A stretch of DNA of 64,000 bases from an uncultured Gammaproteobacteria bacterium. GTDB taxonomy: Bacteria > Patescibacteriota > Microgenomatia > Daviesbacterales > UBA10151. The translations under genes were made by a program, and so were the position numbers. The notes under the pieces are model-generated. The model was not told the origin of the DNA. It saw only the letters and a list, made by a program, of their open reading frames with translations, and did no database searches. Positions within the stretch are counted from its first letter, which is position 1. Every line of letters starts with the position of its first letter. This document shows, piece after piece, positions 41,140 to 51,362 of the stretch. The stretch spans positions 8,734 to 72,733 of the forward strand of contig CAZYPW010000007.1 in assembly GCA_964649615.1 (NCBI GenBank), in the 5' to 3' direction.

Positions 41140-42225
41140 ATGTTCAAAAAGGCTATTATCTACCCAACTTTAGTTTTTTTAGCTTGGCGTCTGATAATTT
41201 TTTTGTTTCAAATTTTTATTCAACCTCATTATCTAATTACTGCTGATTCTCTAACTTTAGAACAAAGATTATTCACTTCCTGGACTATTTACTGGGATGC
41301 TGGTCATTATCTAACTATTGCTACTTCTGGTTACCAATTTCCCCAACAAGCTTTTTTCCCGCTATGGCCATTATTAATTAAATTAGCAACACTGATGGGA
41401 TTTTCTTCTCAATGGGCAAGTTATCTGCTAACTCTGATATTAAGTTTTTGTAATTTTGTTCTACTTTATCTGTTGGCAGTTAAATTGGTCGGTAAGACAA
41501 AGGCACTTTGGGCAATAATTATTTTTAGTTGTTACCCTGCGACTGTTTTTTTGCATGCAGGATATAGTGAGAATTTATTTCTATTTTTCACGCTGTTTTC
41601 TTTTTTTCTTTTGGAAAATAAAAGATATTGGCTTTCAGCTATTGTGGGCGGGTTAAGTACTGCCACTAGAATGGTTGGTATTGCTACATCTTTATCCTTT
41701 TGGTTTATTAAGATATTTTTTGGCAAAAGATTATTAATGAGTTTTATGGGAATATCTGGCCTTTTATTATATATGGTATACCTCTATTTTAATTATGGAG
41801 ATTTTTGGTTTTTTATCAAAGGACAGCAAGCTTGGTGCGAAGCAGCTGGTCGTTGCCAGTTCACATTTCCTTTAGTGCCCCTTCTTTCATATGCACACTT
41901 GATGTTAATTGGTTGGGTTAAACCAAGTTTATCTCATTTATTTATAGACTGGATAAGTGCTGTAATTTTTCTGGCTTTTTTACCTATGGTTTGGAATAGC
42001 TTACCAAAGCACTATTTTATTTACTCTTTAGTAACATTAATAATGCCGCTTTTATCAGGGACCACTATTTCAATGACTAGGATGACCTTGATTGTCTTTC
42101 CATTTTTTTTAGTTTTACCACACTTTTTAAAAAGAAAGTGGTTGATGTTTGTTGTGTCGCTTATGTTGTTGTTACTGGAGTTAAGATTTGTAGCTCTTTT
42201 CACTGGCCGAATTTGGGTAGCTTAA
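41140..42225 (+). CDS. GT-C fold integral membrane glycosyltransferase (PIG-V/GT76-like mannosyltransferase family)
   Basis: About 9 TM segments. WDAGHYLTIATSGY...AFFPLWP matches the Mannosyl_trans2-type motif. Confidence 0.45.
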   Translation: MFKKAIIYPTLVFLAWRLIIFLFQIFIQPHYLITADSLTLEQRLFTSWTIYWDAGHYLTIATSGYQFPQQAFFPLWPLLIKLATLMGFSSQWASYLLTLILSFCNFVLLYLLAVKLVGKTKALWAIIIFSCYPATVFLHAGYSENLFLFFTLFSFFLLENKRYWLSAIVGGLSTATRMVGIATSLSFWFIKIFFGKRLLMSFMGISGLLLYMVYLYFNYGDFWFFIKGQQAWCEAAGRCQFTFPLVPLLSYAHLMLIGWVKPSLSHLFIDWISAVIFLAFLPMVWNSLPKHYFIYSLVTLIMPLLSGTTISMTRMTLIVFPFFLVLPHFLKRKWLMFVVSLMLLLLELRFVALFTGRIWVA

Positions 42226-42283
42226 AAATACATTTTTGAAAAAGGGTCTTTACAAAGACCTAATCTTCTGATAATTTAGGACC

Positions 42284-42556
42284 ATGACAAAAAACGAGCT
42301 TATTGATAAGGTTGCTAAGAAAGCAAATCTTACCAAGTCTGCCTCCTCAGATGCAGTAAATCAGACCTTTGGATTAATAAGAGATTCTTTAGTCAGAGGA
42401 GAAAAAGTAATCATTACGGGTTTTGGAACTTTTTTAATTAGATCTAGGGCAGCTCGCCGGGGTAGAAATCCTCAAACTGGTGAGACGATTCAGATCCCTT
42501 CTAAAAAGCTTCCCTCCTTTACTGCGGGTAAAACTATCAAACGCCTAATTAAATAA
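42284..42556 (+). CDS. hup: DNA-binding protein HU
   Basis: MTKNELIDKVA...ITGFGTF...RNPQTGETIQIP. Confidence 0.92.
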   Translation: MTKNELIDKVAKKANLTKSASSDAVNQTFGLIRDSLVRGEKVIITGFGTFLIRSRAARRGRNPQTGETIQIPSKKLPSFTAGKTIKRLIK

Positions 42557-42583
42557 TTGTATTAACTAAGATATAATCCTCTT

Positions 42584-43558
42584 GTGAGCATAATCTCTGT
42601 TAGAAATCTGAAAAAATATTATACTGTACATCAGAAAGAACCTGGGCTTTGGGGATCTATTAAATCCTTATTTTCTAGAAAGTATTATGATGTGAAAGCT
42701 GTTGATGATATCTCCTTTGATATTAAAGAAGGAGAATTAATTGGGTTCATTGGTCCTAATGGTGCTGGGAAAACTACTACTTTAAAAGTATTATCTGGAT
42801 TGCTTTACCCCACATTAGGTGAAGTGAAAGTTTTAGGGTTTGAACCGTTTAAAAGACAACCACAATTTCAAAAACAGTTTTCTCTGGTAATGGGTCAGAA
42901 AAATCAGCTCTGGTGGGACTTACCTGCTATGGAAAGTTTTCTTTTAAATAAAGAAATTTATGACCTCTCAGAAAAAAAGTTTAAAAAAACTTTAGATGAA
43001 TTATCTGAATTATTAGATGTCAAAGATATTTTAAAAATACAGGTTAGGAAATTATCCTTAGGACAAAGAATGAAGTGTGAGCTAATTGCAGCCTTACTGC
43101 ACTCTCCAAAGGTTTTATTTTTGGATGAGCCAACAATAGGTTTGGATGTAGTGGCTCAAAAAGCTATGCGTGATTTTATTAAAGAATATAATCAAAAATT
43201 TAATGCCGCCATCATTTTAACTTCCCATTACATGGGAGATGTAAAAGAACTTTGTAAAAGAGTAATCATTATCAATGAAGGAAAGATTTTATATGATGGC
43301 CTTTTGGAAAAAATTGTTAATAAGTTTGCTCCTTTTAAAGTAATTAGGGTGGATTTTGAAAAAGAGGTTGGCATTAAAAAATTAACTGGTTTAGGAGAGG
43401 TTGAGGAATTGGATGGTAGCCATGCTAAGATTAGAATTAAGAAAAATCAAGTATCAGAGAAGGCAAGTGAGCTTTTATCTCAGTTCAAAGTAGCTGATTT
43501 AACAATAGAAGATCCGGCCATAGAGGATATTATTAGGGATATTTTCAACAAAGCCTGA
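42584..43558 (+). CDS. ABC transporter ATP-binding protein (GTG start)
   Basis: Walker A GPNGAGKTTTLK, signature LSLGQRMK, Walker B LFLDEPTIGLD. Confidence 0.85.
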   Translation: MSIISVRNLKKYYTVHQKEPGLWGSIKSLFSRKYYDVKAVDDISFDIKEGELIGFIGPNGAGKTTTLKVLSGLLYPTLGEVKVLGFEPFKRQPQFQKQFSLVMGQKNQLWWDLPAMESFLLNKEIYDLSEKKFKKTLDELSELLDVKDILKIQVRKLSLGQRMKCELIAALLHSPKVLFLDEPTIGLDVVAQKAMRDFIKEYNQKFNAAIILTSHYMGDVKELCKRVIIINEGKILYDGLLEKIVNKFAPFKVIRVDFEKEVGIKKLTGLGEVEELDGSHAKIRIKKNQVSEKASELLSQFKVADLTIEDPAIEDIIRDIFNKA

Positions 43559-43586
43559 TTCTTGACTGCTCTGCCCCTTTATATTA

Positions 43587-43886
43587 ATGTATGGATACAT
43601 GTCGAAACCTTTAAAGGAAAAAAATATTCAAATTCCAGGTGATATTTTAAGAAAGTTGCTTACCCCCTCTGAAATTAGGATGTTAAAGAATCGCTTCCTG
43701 ATTCTTAATTTCCTAAAGGAAGGGTTATCTATTAGATCAATTGCAGAAAAGGTTAGAGTAGGAACAGATACAGTAGTAAGGACTATCAGGTTAATTGAAG
43801 AAGCAGGTTTAAGAAATAGAGGAAATTCTAAAACAAGAAAGATCAAATCGTCTATCCCTTGGATCTTTGGAAAAATAAATGAGTGA
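43587..43886 (+). CDS. TrpR/YerC-like small helix-turn-helix protein
   Basis: LLTPSEIRMLKNRFLILNFLKEGLSIRSIAEKVRVGTDTVVR. Embedded between the ABC ATPase and permease genes. Confidence 0.45.
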   Translation: MYGYMSKPLKEKNIQIPGDILRKLLTPSEIRMLKNRFLILNFLKEGLSIRSIAEKVRVGTDTVVRTIRLIEEAGLRNRGNSKTRKIKSSIPWIFGKINE

Positions 43887-44673
43887 TACTTTAGCAGTTT
43901 TTAAAATTGCCTGGCAGCAGCAATTAGTTTATAGGCTTAATTTTGTTCTTTGGAGAATGAGAACTATTCTACAATTTCTATTGGTTTATTTTATTTGGTG
44001 GACCATATTTCAATCTAATCATGAACTATTCGGATATAATGAATCATCTATTTTAACTTATATTTTGTTAGTTGTTTTGATAAGAGCATTAGTTTTGTCC
44101 TCTAGAGCAAATGATGTAATGAATAAAATAAATGATGGAAGCATCGCAAACTTTCTTCTTAAACCGATTAGTTTTATAAAATATTATTTTGCCCAAGATG
44201 TTGCAGATAAGCTAGCAAACAGTATGTTTATGATTTTTGAGTTGGGCTTAATAATAATTATTTTTAAACCTCAAATTATTATTCAAGAAAATATACTTAA
44301 TATTTTCTTGTTTATATCAGCCTTCTTACTGGGAACAATCCTGTGGTTTTGTATGAATATGATTATCGGTTTAATGGCATTTTGGGTGGAAAATTCCTGG
44401 GGACCATTTTTTCTGATAATGATTTTTATGGAAGGTTTAGGAGGTGGCTTATTCCCTATAGACATTCTGCCAAAATATTTTTTTAATTTTCTAATGCTAA
44501 CTCCATTCCCCTACATAATATATTTTCCTGCCAAGGTATATCTAGGTGGTTTTCAAAGTAATGATCTATTAATCTATTTTTCAATTTTAATCTTATGGAC
44601 TGTTACTCTTTGGATATTAATGAATAGGATATTAAAAATGGGACTTAAACATTACACATCTGGGGGTAATTGA
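43879..44673 (+). CDS. ABC-2 family transporter permease
   Basis: 6 predicted TM helices, directly follows the ABC ATPase. Confidence 0.6.
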   Translation: MSDTLAVFKIAWQQQLVYRLNFVLWRMRTILQFLLVYFIWWTIFQSNHELFGYNESSILTYILLVVLIRALVLSSRANDVMNKINDGSIANFLLKPISFIKYYFAQDVADKLANSMFMIFELGLIIIIFKPQIIIQENILNIFLFISAFLLGTILWFCMNMIIGLMAFWVENSWGPFFLIMIFMEGLGGGLFPIDILPKYFFNFLMLTPFPYIIYFPAKVYLGGFQSNDLLIYFSILILWTVTLWILMNRILKMGLKHYTSGGN

Positions 44674-44674
44674 T

Positions 44675-45460
44675 ATGTTAAAAAAGTATTTAAAAATTTG
44701 GTGGATTTATGCAATAAATTCTTTTCAAAGCCAATTTGCAGTCAGATGGGCTCTTTTGGTATTCCTAATAGGTAAAATCTTAAGATTTAGCTTATTTACC
44801 CTTTTTATAATTATACTTTTACAAAAGACAAATGTTTTAGCTGGATATACGCTAAATCAAACCATGCTCTTTTTTCTTTCTTTTAATCTAGTAGATATTT
44901 TAACTCAACTTGTTTTTAGAGAAGTTTATAGATTTAGATCACAGATAGTTTTTGGAAATTTTGATTTCTCTTTAAGCAAACCAATAAATCCTTTATTCAA
45001 ATCACTTTTTGGCGGACCAGATATTTTAGATTTTTTTACCCTGATTCCTCTTATATTTGCCATTTTTTATTTTATTAGTCAAATGGGCATGATGGATTTA
45101 TTCTCAATTATGCTATATCTTTTACTAATTATTGTTGCCTTTGTGATCTCTCTTTCCTTTCATATTTTAGTTTTATCTTTGGCAATTCTGACAACAGAGA
45201 TAGACCATACAATCATGTTATATAGGGATATAGCAGCTATGGGTAGGATGCCGATTGATATTTACAAAGAACCAATTAGGGGATTACTAACTTTTGTTAT
45301 TCCAGTTGGAATAATGATGTCTTATCCCACCAAAGCCTTACTGGGTGTTCTATCCCCTGTTTTTATAATTTATGCTTTTATATTTGCAGTATCTTTTTTA
45401 CTCTTATCTTTAAAAGTATGGAACTATGCTTTAAAAAAGTATTCTTCAGCCAGCAGTTGA
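44675..45460 (+). CDS. ABC-2 family transporter permease (second subunit)
   Basis: Polytopic membrane protein, translationally coupled to the preceding permease. Confidence 0.6.
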   Translation: MLKKYLKIWWIYAINSFQSQFAVRWALLVFLIGKILRFSLFTLFIIILLQKTNVLAGYTLNQTMLFFLSFNLVDILTQLVFREVYRFRSQIVFGNFDFSLSKPINPLFKSLFGGPDILDFFTLIPLIFAIFYFISQMGMMDLFSIMLYLLLIIVAFVISLSFHILVLSLAILTTEIDHTIMLYRDIAAMGRMPIDIYKEPIRGLLTFVIPVGIMMSYPTKALLGVLSPVFIIYAFIFAVSFLLLSLKVWNYALKKYSSASS

Positions 45461-45464
45461 GCTT

Positions 45465-46688
45465 TTAAAAAGGATTTTTGGTTAAGTTAGTATAAAAAAA
45501 TAGCATCATAAAATCTTTTGGTAAATGAATTGCAATCAAAAAAGGATAGATCAGAGCAAAACCCAAGCTAAGGATGATAATAAACAAAAATATTTTCCAT
45601 TTATCTTTAGGATAGATAATTTCTTTACTTATTTGATGTCCTAAAGCTAAACATAAAAAAGGAATTGAAGCAGAAAAATGGTATAGAAACATTATCCGGG
45701 GAGAGGCCAGCCAGGGTAACCAAAAAGCAAAAAATCCCAAACTTAAGATAAACAAATTTACTGATTTTTTACGTATGGTCTCCCAGAGGGTCAGCAGAAT
45801 AGAAACAAAGCCTAACCAGAGCAAGATTGGGTTTCCTGATGAGAAAATATTAGCGATCAAATTATTTTGGTAATCAACGAAGTACCAAACAGGATATAAA
45901 TTAAAAGGCCATGACCAGGCAGGGGAAGCATAATCATGGGCAGCTTTAAGGTTGGTATGATACCACCACATCTGTTTGTGCAAATCTATGAATTGATTAA
46001 AGTTGTGGCCTAAGATAAAAAATGGGCCATAGGTTAAAAAATAAATTAAAGTAGGAATAATGATTAGTATAATTAACTGTTTGAAGAGCCTTCTCTGCAT
46101 GAGAAGTGGCATATAAATAATGTAGGTATATAAAGCTGCCCATTTGCTTGATAGTGATAGACCAAGCATTATAGCTGATAAAAGAAATTTTTTGTTTAAG
46201 AAAAAATACAGGCTTAAAAGCATAAAAGTAATATAATAAATATCATTCATTCCAATTCTGGATTGAACAAAATTTAAGCCATCAATTGAGAAAGCAAAAG
46301 CAGCAATTAAAGAGGCAACTTCACTTTTCAGCAATTTTTTTCCTAAAAGATATACCAAATATACAGAGAATATTCCTAATGCAGTTCCCGGTAATCTCCA
46401 AGCCCAGCCTTCTTGAGAATTTAGCAGCAGCATAGAGACTGCCATGATTTCTTTAGCCAATGGGGGATGTGTCCACTCATAGGCAACTCCTGGAGGTGGA
46501 GTAGTCCACCACTCCCAGGCTTCGATATTTCCTTTTAAAAATTCCTGTGCCGTAAATGCATGATAAACTTCATCAAAAACAAATTTATTAGGAAAATCTA
46601 ATCTGGTAACTCTTAATAAAGTTGTAAAAAATAGGATTAATATTAAAAGGTGCTTAGGTTTTTTAAGTATTCTAATTATCCTTAGCAT
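45465..46688 (-). CDS. GT-C membrane glycosyltransferase, PMT/GT39-like (phospholipid-carrier-dependent)
   Basis: N-terminal loop RLDFPNKFVFDEVYHAFTAQEF (DE..H motif) followed by multiple TM helices. Confidence 0.6.
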   Translation of the reverse strand: MLRIIRILKKPKHLLILILFFTTLLRVTRLDFPNKFVFDEVYHAFTAQEFLKGNIEAWEWWTTPPPGVAYEWTHPPLAKEIMAVSMLLLNSQEGWAWRLPGTALGIFSVYLVYLLGKKLLKSEVASLIAAFAFSIDGLNFVQSRIGMNDIYYITFMLLSLYFFLNKKFLLSAIMLGLSLSSKWAALYTYIIYMPLLMQRRLFKQLIILIIIPTLIYFLTYGPFFILGHNFNQFIDLHKQMWWYHTNLKAAHDYASPAWSWPFNLYPVWYFVDYQNNLIANIFSSGNPILLWLGFVSILLTLWETIRKKSVNLFILSLGFFAFWLPWLASPRIMFLYHFSASIPFLCLALGHQISKEIIYPKDKWKIFLFIIILSLGFALIYPFLIAIHLPKDFMMLFFYTNLTKNPF

Positions 46689-47880
46689 ATTTTAGATAAT
46701 AAATATAGAAAAACATAAATCCAAGGAAAACGATTAATGACATATATGAAAATAGATTGGAAGAAAGTAAATTATTAAACGGTAAATTGGTTATTCCTAC
46801 ACTATTATTGTAATAAGAGTAAGGTAAATATAGATTTAATAAAAACACTAATGAAAAAAATATATAAAAGCCTATTAAAACTTTAGATTTTAATGTCATA
46901 GCTGATAGTAATAAAAATGGAAAGAAATATGAAAAATATCGTTCATGCATTCTAGTAAGAAACATAAAAAATGCTAGCATAGAAATAGAGATTGTAAGAT
47001 ATAAAATATTACCTTTTATTTTGTTCAGGCTAAAAATTATAATTAGAAAAATTGATGTTAGCAGGAATCCCCAAGTTAACATTGGAATACCTAAAAATAA
47101 ATTTGCGTCATTTTGCCAATTACCGATAATACCCCAAAAATTTAAAGCGTTACAGGAAGTGCAATTAAATAATTTAGTAGAGCCATAATTTACATAATAT
47201 ATTCCATAAAGAGGATTGCTTGGAAAGAATGGTAAGTAGACTATAAGTGTGATTAATATAAATGCTAAAAGTGAGTATCCCCATTGTATTGGTTTAAAAT
47301 ACTTAATAAAATAAAAAATTAAAAATGGTGCCAATTCTAACGATTGGGGTTTGACAATCCAGGCGACAGAGAAAAGGATTGAACCTACAATAGGAGATTT
47401 TTTAATAAATATAGAATAAATACTTAAGAGCAAAAAAAAGATTGCCACACCATCATATTGACCCCAGATTGCAGAATTAAAAGAGAGTCCTGGATTAAAA
47501 ATGTATAATGCTGTAGCAATATAAGCTAATCTTTCATTTAGTTCTTTTCTTACTATTTTATAAATTATAAATCCTGTTGATATATCAGCTAAATTAGCAG
47601 CAAGTTTTAGTAAGAGATCTAGATTGATGGTAAAAGGCAAACTTGAAAGGATTGAATTTTTAATTAGCCCAATAAACCAAAAGAAATAAAGTATTCCAAG
47701 TGGATTATTAGTAAATATATCAGGAGAATAAAAATTAGCAGGACCACCACTCGCTAATCTTGCAGTCCAAAATCTAAAAGCACTTTGATCAGCCTCAAAA
47801 GCTGGAAGAAAGGATAATAATAATCTTATAATTAATCCAATGATCAAAATCCAATATATAATAGCAATATTTTTATTCAT
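46672..47880 (-). CDS. GT-C fold membrane glycosyltransferase (DUF2029/PMT_2-like)
   Basis: About 11 TM segments, FEADQSAFRFW loop motif, YDGVAIFF. Confidence 0.5.
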   Translation of the reverse strand: MNKNIAIIYWILIIGLIIRLLLSFLPAFEADQSAFRFWTARLASGGPANFYSPDIFTNNPLGILYFFWFIGLIKNSILSSLPFTINLDLLLKLAANLADISTGFIIYKIVRKELNERLAYIATALYIFNPGLSFNSAIWGQYDGVAIFFLLLSIYSIFIKKSPIVGSILFSVAWIVKPQSLELAPFLIFYFIKYFKPIQWGYSLLAFILITLIVYLPFFPSNPLYGIYYVNYGSTKLFNCTSCNALNFWGIIGNWQNDANLFLGIPMLTWGFLLTSIFLIIIFSLNKIKGNILYLTISISMLAFFMFLTRMHERYFSYFFPFLLLSAMTLKSKVLIGFYIFFSLVFLLNLYLPYSYYNNSVGITNLPFNNLLSSNLFSYMSLIVFLGFMFFYIYYLKYAKDN

Positions 47881-49024
47881 CCTGACATTCTTAGTATACT
47901 TGATTTCTCATAGAGGAGAAGGTGCTCACTGGAACCACTACATCTACCTTGCCGGTGCTTTTTTACAAGGACATCTGTATGTGCCAAATATCCTCACGGA
48001 ATTAATACCCTGGGGTAATAACTATTATGTAGTTTATCCTCCCATGCCAGCAATATTATTGATGCCTTTTGTTTTTATATTTGGTACTGATTTTCATCAG
48101 CCAATATTATCAATAGCACTGGGAGCAATTAATGCCGTATTAGCCTACTTAGTCTTGTTAAAATTTTTTAAGGATACTAAACTTTCTTTATGGATAAGTA
48201 TTTTATATGCATTTGGAACAATACAGTGGTATCATGCTGAGGTAGGTTCTTCCTGGTATATTGCACATATAGTTGCTTTATTTTTTTTGTGGCTAAGTCT
48301 GTTAGAACTCGTAACAAAGCAAAGACTCTTTCTGATAGGCCTATTTATTGGAGGAGCATATCTGGCCCGACTCCCAACTATTTTAGCAGTTATATTTGTT
48401 TTAATTTTTCTGAAAGAAGAATTCTTAGTTGGAAAAAGAATTAAGCAGATTAATATTAAGAATCTTTTTCTTTTCATTTTGGGATTATTGCCAGCACTTG
48501 TTATTAATGGTATGTATAATTTTTTACGTTTTGGCAAATTCTATGATTATGGTTATACTCTTTATCTAAACTCACAATCTTTAGCTATTAAAGAATTAAT
48601 TTTCCCATATGGCTTTTTTAGTATTTACTATATTCCTGATAGGATAAAAGACATTTTTTATTCGTTCCCCACTTTTACTGCTCAGCCCCCATTTGTTATT
48701 CCTTCCTTATATGCGATGGCTCTATATATTGTCACCCCGGCCTTTTTTTTAATCCTATTTGCTTCTTTTAAAAATAGATTAGTTTATTCTTCGCTGGTTT
48801 CAATTTTAATTATGTCTATTCCTATTCTAGTGAAAGGCGGTAATGGTTTTACTCAATTTGGTTTTCGCTATAGTTTAGATTTTCTCCCCTTTTTATTAAT
48901 ACTGACTGCGAGTGGATTAGAAAACAGATTTAATATCTACTCTAAATTGTTGATAGTTTTAAGTATTTTAATAAATCTTTGGGGAGTTCTAATGATTAGC
49001 TTTTTAAATATTTGGGTAATTTAA
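47840..49024 (+). CDS. GT-C fold membrane glycosyltransferase (ArnT/PMT_2-like); start uncertain
   Basis: Polytopic. YVVYPPMPAILLMPF loop. The ORF-track start overlaps the divergent neighbour by 40 nt. Confidence 0.45.
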   Translation: MIKIQYIIAIFLFILTFLVYLISHRGEGAHWNHYIYLAGAFLQGHLYVPNILTELIPWGNNYYVVYPPMPAILLMPFVFIFGTDFHQPILSIALGAINAVLAYLVLLKFFKDTKLSLWISILYAFGTIQWYHAEVGSSWYIAHIVALFFLWLSLLELVTKQRLFLIGLFIGGAYLARLPTILAVIFVLIFLKEEFLVGKRIKQINIKNLFLFILGLLPALVINGMYNFLRFGKFYDYGYTLYLNSQSLAIKELIFPYGFFSIYYIPDRIKDIFYSFPTFTAQPPFVIPSLYAMALYIVTPAFFLILFASFKNRLVYSSLVSILIMSIPILVKGGNGFTQFGFRYSLDFLPFLLILTASGLENRFNIYSKLLIVLSILINLWGVLMISFLNIWVI

Positions 49025-49984
49025 ATGAAAAAAGCACTTGTTATTTTAGGGCCAACTTCAACAGGTAAGACTGATGTAGCTTTGAATTTAGCCAAAAAAT
49101 TTAATGGAGAACTAATATCTTGTGATTCAAGACAAGTCTATAAGAATTTAGATATTGGCACAGGAAAACTGCCCACCAAAAAAGTAGATATTGAGAAGCA
49201 TGACAAATTTTGGGTTTTAGATGGGGTCAAAATCTGGATGTATGATGTAATAAGCCCAAAAAAACAATACACAATTTTTAATTATCTAACTGATGCCCAA
49301 AAAATCATTGATGAGATTTATCAAAAGGGAAAGCTACCTATTATAGTAGGAGGTAGCGGATTATATCTTAAAGCTTTACTTAAGGGACTGGCAAATTTAG
49401 AAATCCCAGTAGATAGAAAACTGCGTAAAGAATTAGAAAGTTTAACATTAGAACAATTACAAGGTAAACTGAAAGTCCTCTCTTTAGCTAAATGGAAATT
49501 ATTGAATCGATCAGACCAGCAAAATTCAAGAAGGTTAATCAGGGCAATAGAATTAATTATGTTGTCTCCCTTTAAGAAAAAAAACACCTTTTCTAAAGGG
49601 TTAGCTGCTAAGTATCACGTTCTAAAAATTGGTTTAACTGCATCAAAGGAATATCTTTATAAGCGGGTTGATCAAAGAGTCATTTTAAGGATAAAGGCAG
49701 GAATGATTGAAGAAGCAAAGCAGTTACAAAAAAATGGTTTAAGTTTAAAAAGGATGAGAAAACTTGGGTTGGAGTATGGTGTATTAGCCGATTATTTAGA
49801 AGGAAATATTACAACTGTCAAGGAACTGGAAACCACCTTGCAAAATAAAATCCATAAGTATGTTAGAAGGCAGCAAACCTGGTATAAAAAAGAAACGGGG
49901 GTAATTTGGTTTAATATTACTGAGGCAGAAACTTTGGATAAATTGGAAAAAAGAGTTTATAGATGGTATCATGAGCTAAAGTGA
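49025..49984 (+). CDS. miaA: tRNA dimethylallyltransferase
   Basis: ILGPTSTGKTDVALNLAKKFNGELISCDSRQVYKNLDIGTGK. Confidence 0.9.
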   Translation: MKKALVILGPTSTGKTDVALNLAKKFNGELISCDSRQVYKNLDIGTGKLPTKKVDIEKHDKFWVLDGVKIWMYDVISPKKQYTIFNYLTDAQKIIDEIYQKGKLPIIVGGSGLYLKALLKGLANLEIPVDRKLRKELESLTLEQLQGKLKVLSLAKWKLLNRSDQQNSRRLIRAIELIMLSPFKKKNTFSKGLAAKYHVLKIGLTASKEYLYKRVDQRVILRIKAGMIEEAKQLQKNGLSLKRMRKLGLEYGVLADYLEGNITTVKELETTLQNKIHKYVRRQQTWYKKETGVIWFNITEAETLDKLEKRVYRWYHELK

Positions 49985-50949
49985 CCCAAAAAATTGATAT
50001 CTCACATAAAACAGTTATCTTCATAGCCATTTTTTTGGTTAGTTTGTGGTTAACATATCTTGTTAAGGATCTTTTAATAATTATTTTTGTGGCAATTATT
50101 TTAATGTCTGCGCTGCACCCCTTAGTAAATTTTTTTACAAAATTTAAAATATATAAAGGATTGGCAATTGGTTTAACTTATATAATCATAATTACTGCCA
50201 TAACAGGCATGGTTTTAGCAATCTCTAAACCTCTAATTGAAGAGAGTAATAAGCTAGCTTCTACTTTTCCAGCAACTGCAAGCCAACTCTTACAAATTTT
50301 AAATATTGATAGGTCAATTGTCCAATCTGAGGTTGGTTCTTTATCCAGAAATCTTTTCTCCTTAACTCTGGCTGTTTTTGATAACTTATTAACAATTATC
50401 TTTTTACTGGTGATTACTTTTTATTTGCTTTTAGAAAAAGACAGTTTAGAAAAAAGAATTGCCTCTTTTTTTGTTAAAAGAGAAGAAAAAACAAGAAAGT
50501 TACTGGTACAGATAGAGGACAAATTAGGAGCTTGGTTAAGAGGCCAGTTATTCTTAAGCCTAATTATTGGGCTTCTTTCCTATATTGGATTGTTAGTTTT
50601 AAATATACCTTATGCCCTGCCTCTATCTTTACTGGCAGCAGTTTTTGAGATTATTCCAGTGATTGGCCCTATTGTTTCAGCCATCCCGGCAGTACTTATT
50701 GCTTTAACCATCTCTCCTATTTTGGCTCTTGGAGTGGTAGCTATGTATTTTATAATTCAACAATTGGAAAATCATTTAATTGTGCCCCAAGTTATGCAAA
50801 GAGCAGTTGGTTTAAATCCTCTGGTGGTAATTTTAGCTATTGCTATAGGCAGCAGAATTTTAGGATTTGCAGGAGCACTTCTGGCAGTGCCTTTGGCAGT
50901 TGTTTTACAGATTGTTGTTGCTGAAATTATCTCCGAGAAGAAATTGTAA
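49981..50949 (+). CDS. AI-2E family transporter (UPF0118/PerM-like)
   Basis: 8 TM. EIIPVIGPIVSAIPAVLIAL signature region. Confidence 0.8.
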   Translation: MTQKIDISHKTVIFIAIFLVSLWLTYLVKDLLIIIFVAIILMSALHPLVNFFTKFKIYKGLAIGLTYIIIITAITGMVLAISKPLIEESNKLASTFPATASQLLQILNIDRSIVQSEVGSLSRNLFSLTLAVFDNLLTIIFLLVITFYLLLEKDSLEKRIASFFVKREEKTRKLLVQIEDKLGAWLRGQLFLSLIIGLLSYIGLLVLNIPYALPLSLLAAVFEIIPVIGPIVSAIPAVLIALTISPILALGVVAMYFIIQQLENHLIVPQVMQRAVGLNPLVVILAIAIGSRILGFAGALLAVPLAVVLQIVVAEIISEKKL

Positions 50950-50952
50950 ATT

Positions 50953-51328
50953 GGTGCCTAGGAAGCGAGTAAGCCAGATTCTGTTTTAGATGATATTTAT
51001 CTTCAGTGTGATTATTAGTCACTCTGATCCGCCTTATGGCGAGATGCTCCTTACTTTGATTATCAAGCGAGCAGCTTAATCAATTCTAGGATTGCAGCAG
51101 GGAGGATTGCCCTTCGACTCGCTTCGCTCACTCAGGGTTATAACCCTGAGTATTTGAAACTAATCGAAAACCCGTTAGCTTGGTCGTTTCATTCGGCGCA
51201 ACCCGATTCGTCACTGTTGCTCTAAACTTTGTCTTACGACCATCCGCCTTTCGGCGGACACCTTGCTCTATGCTGTCTGGACTTTCCTCTCCGCCAAAGG
51301 CGGAGTAATCATCCTTCTTCCTAGGCTT
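50953..51328 (-). ncRNA. rnpB: RNase P RNA (bacterial type A)
   Basis: The reverse complement carries a 10-bp P1 (GCCUAGGAAG/CUUCCUAGGC), P3 hairpin CUCCGCCUUUGGCGGAG, P4 5' strand GAGGAAAGUCCAGAC, CAUAGAGCAAGGUG, and P4 3' strand ACAGAAUCUGGCUUA. Confidence 0.85.
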
Positions 51329-51362
51329 ATATATTTTACTATATAATAAGTTTAAATTCAAA

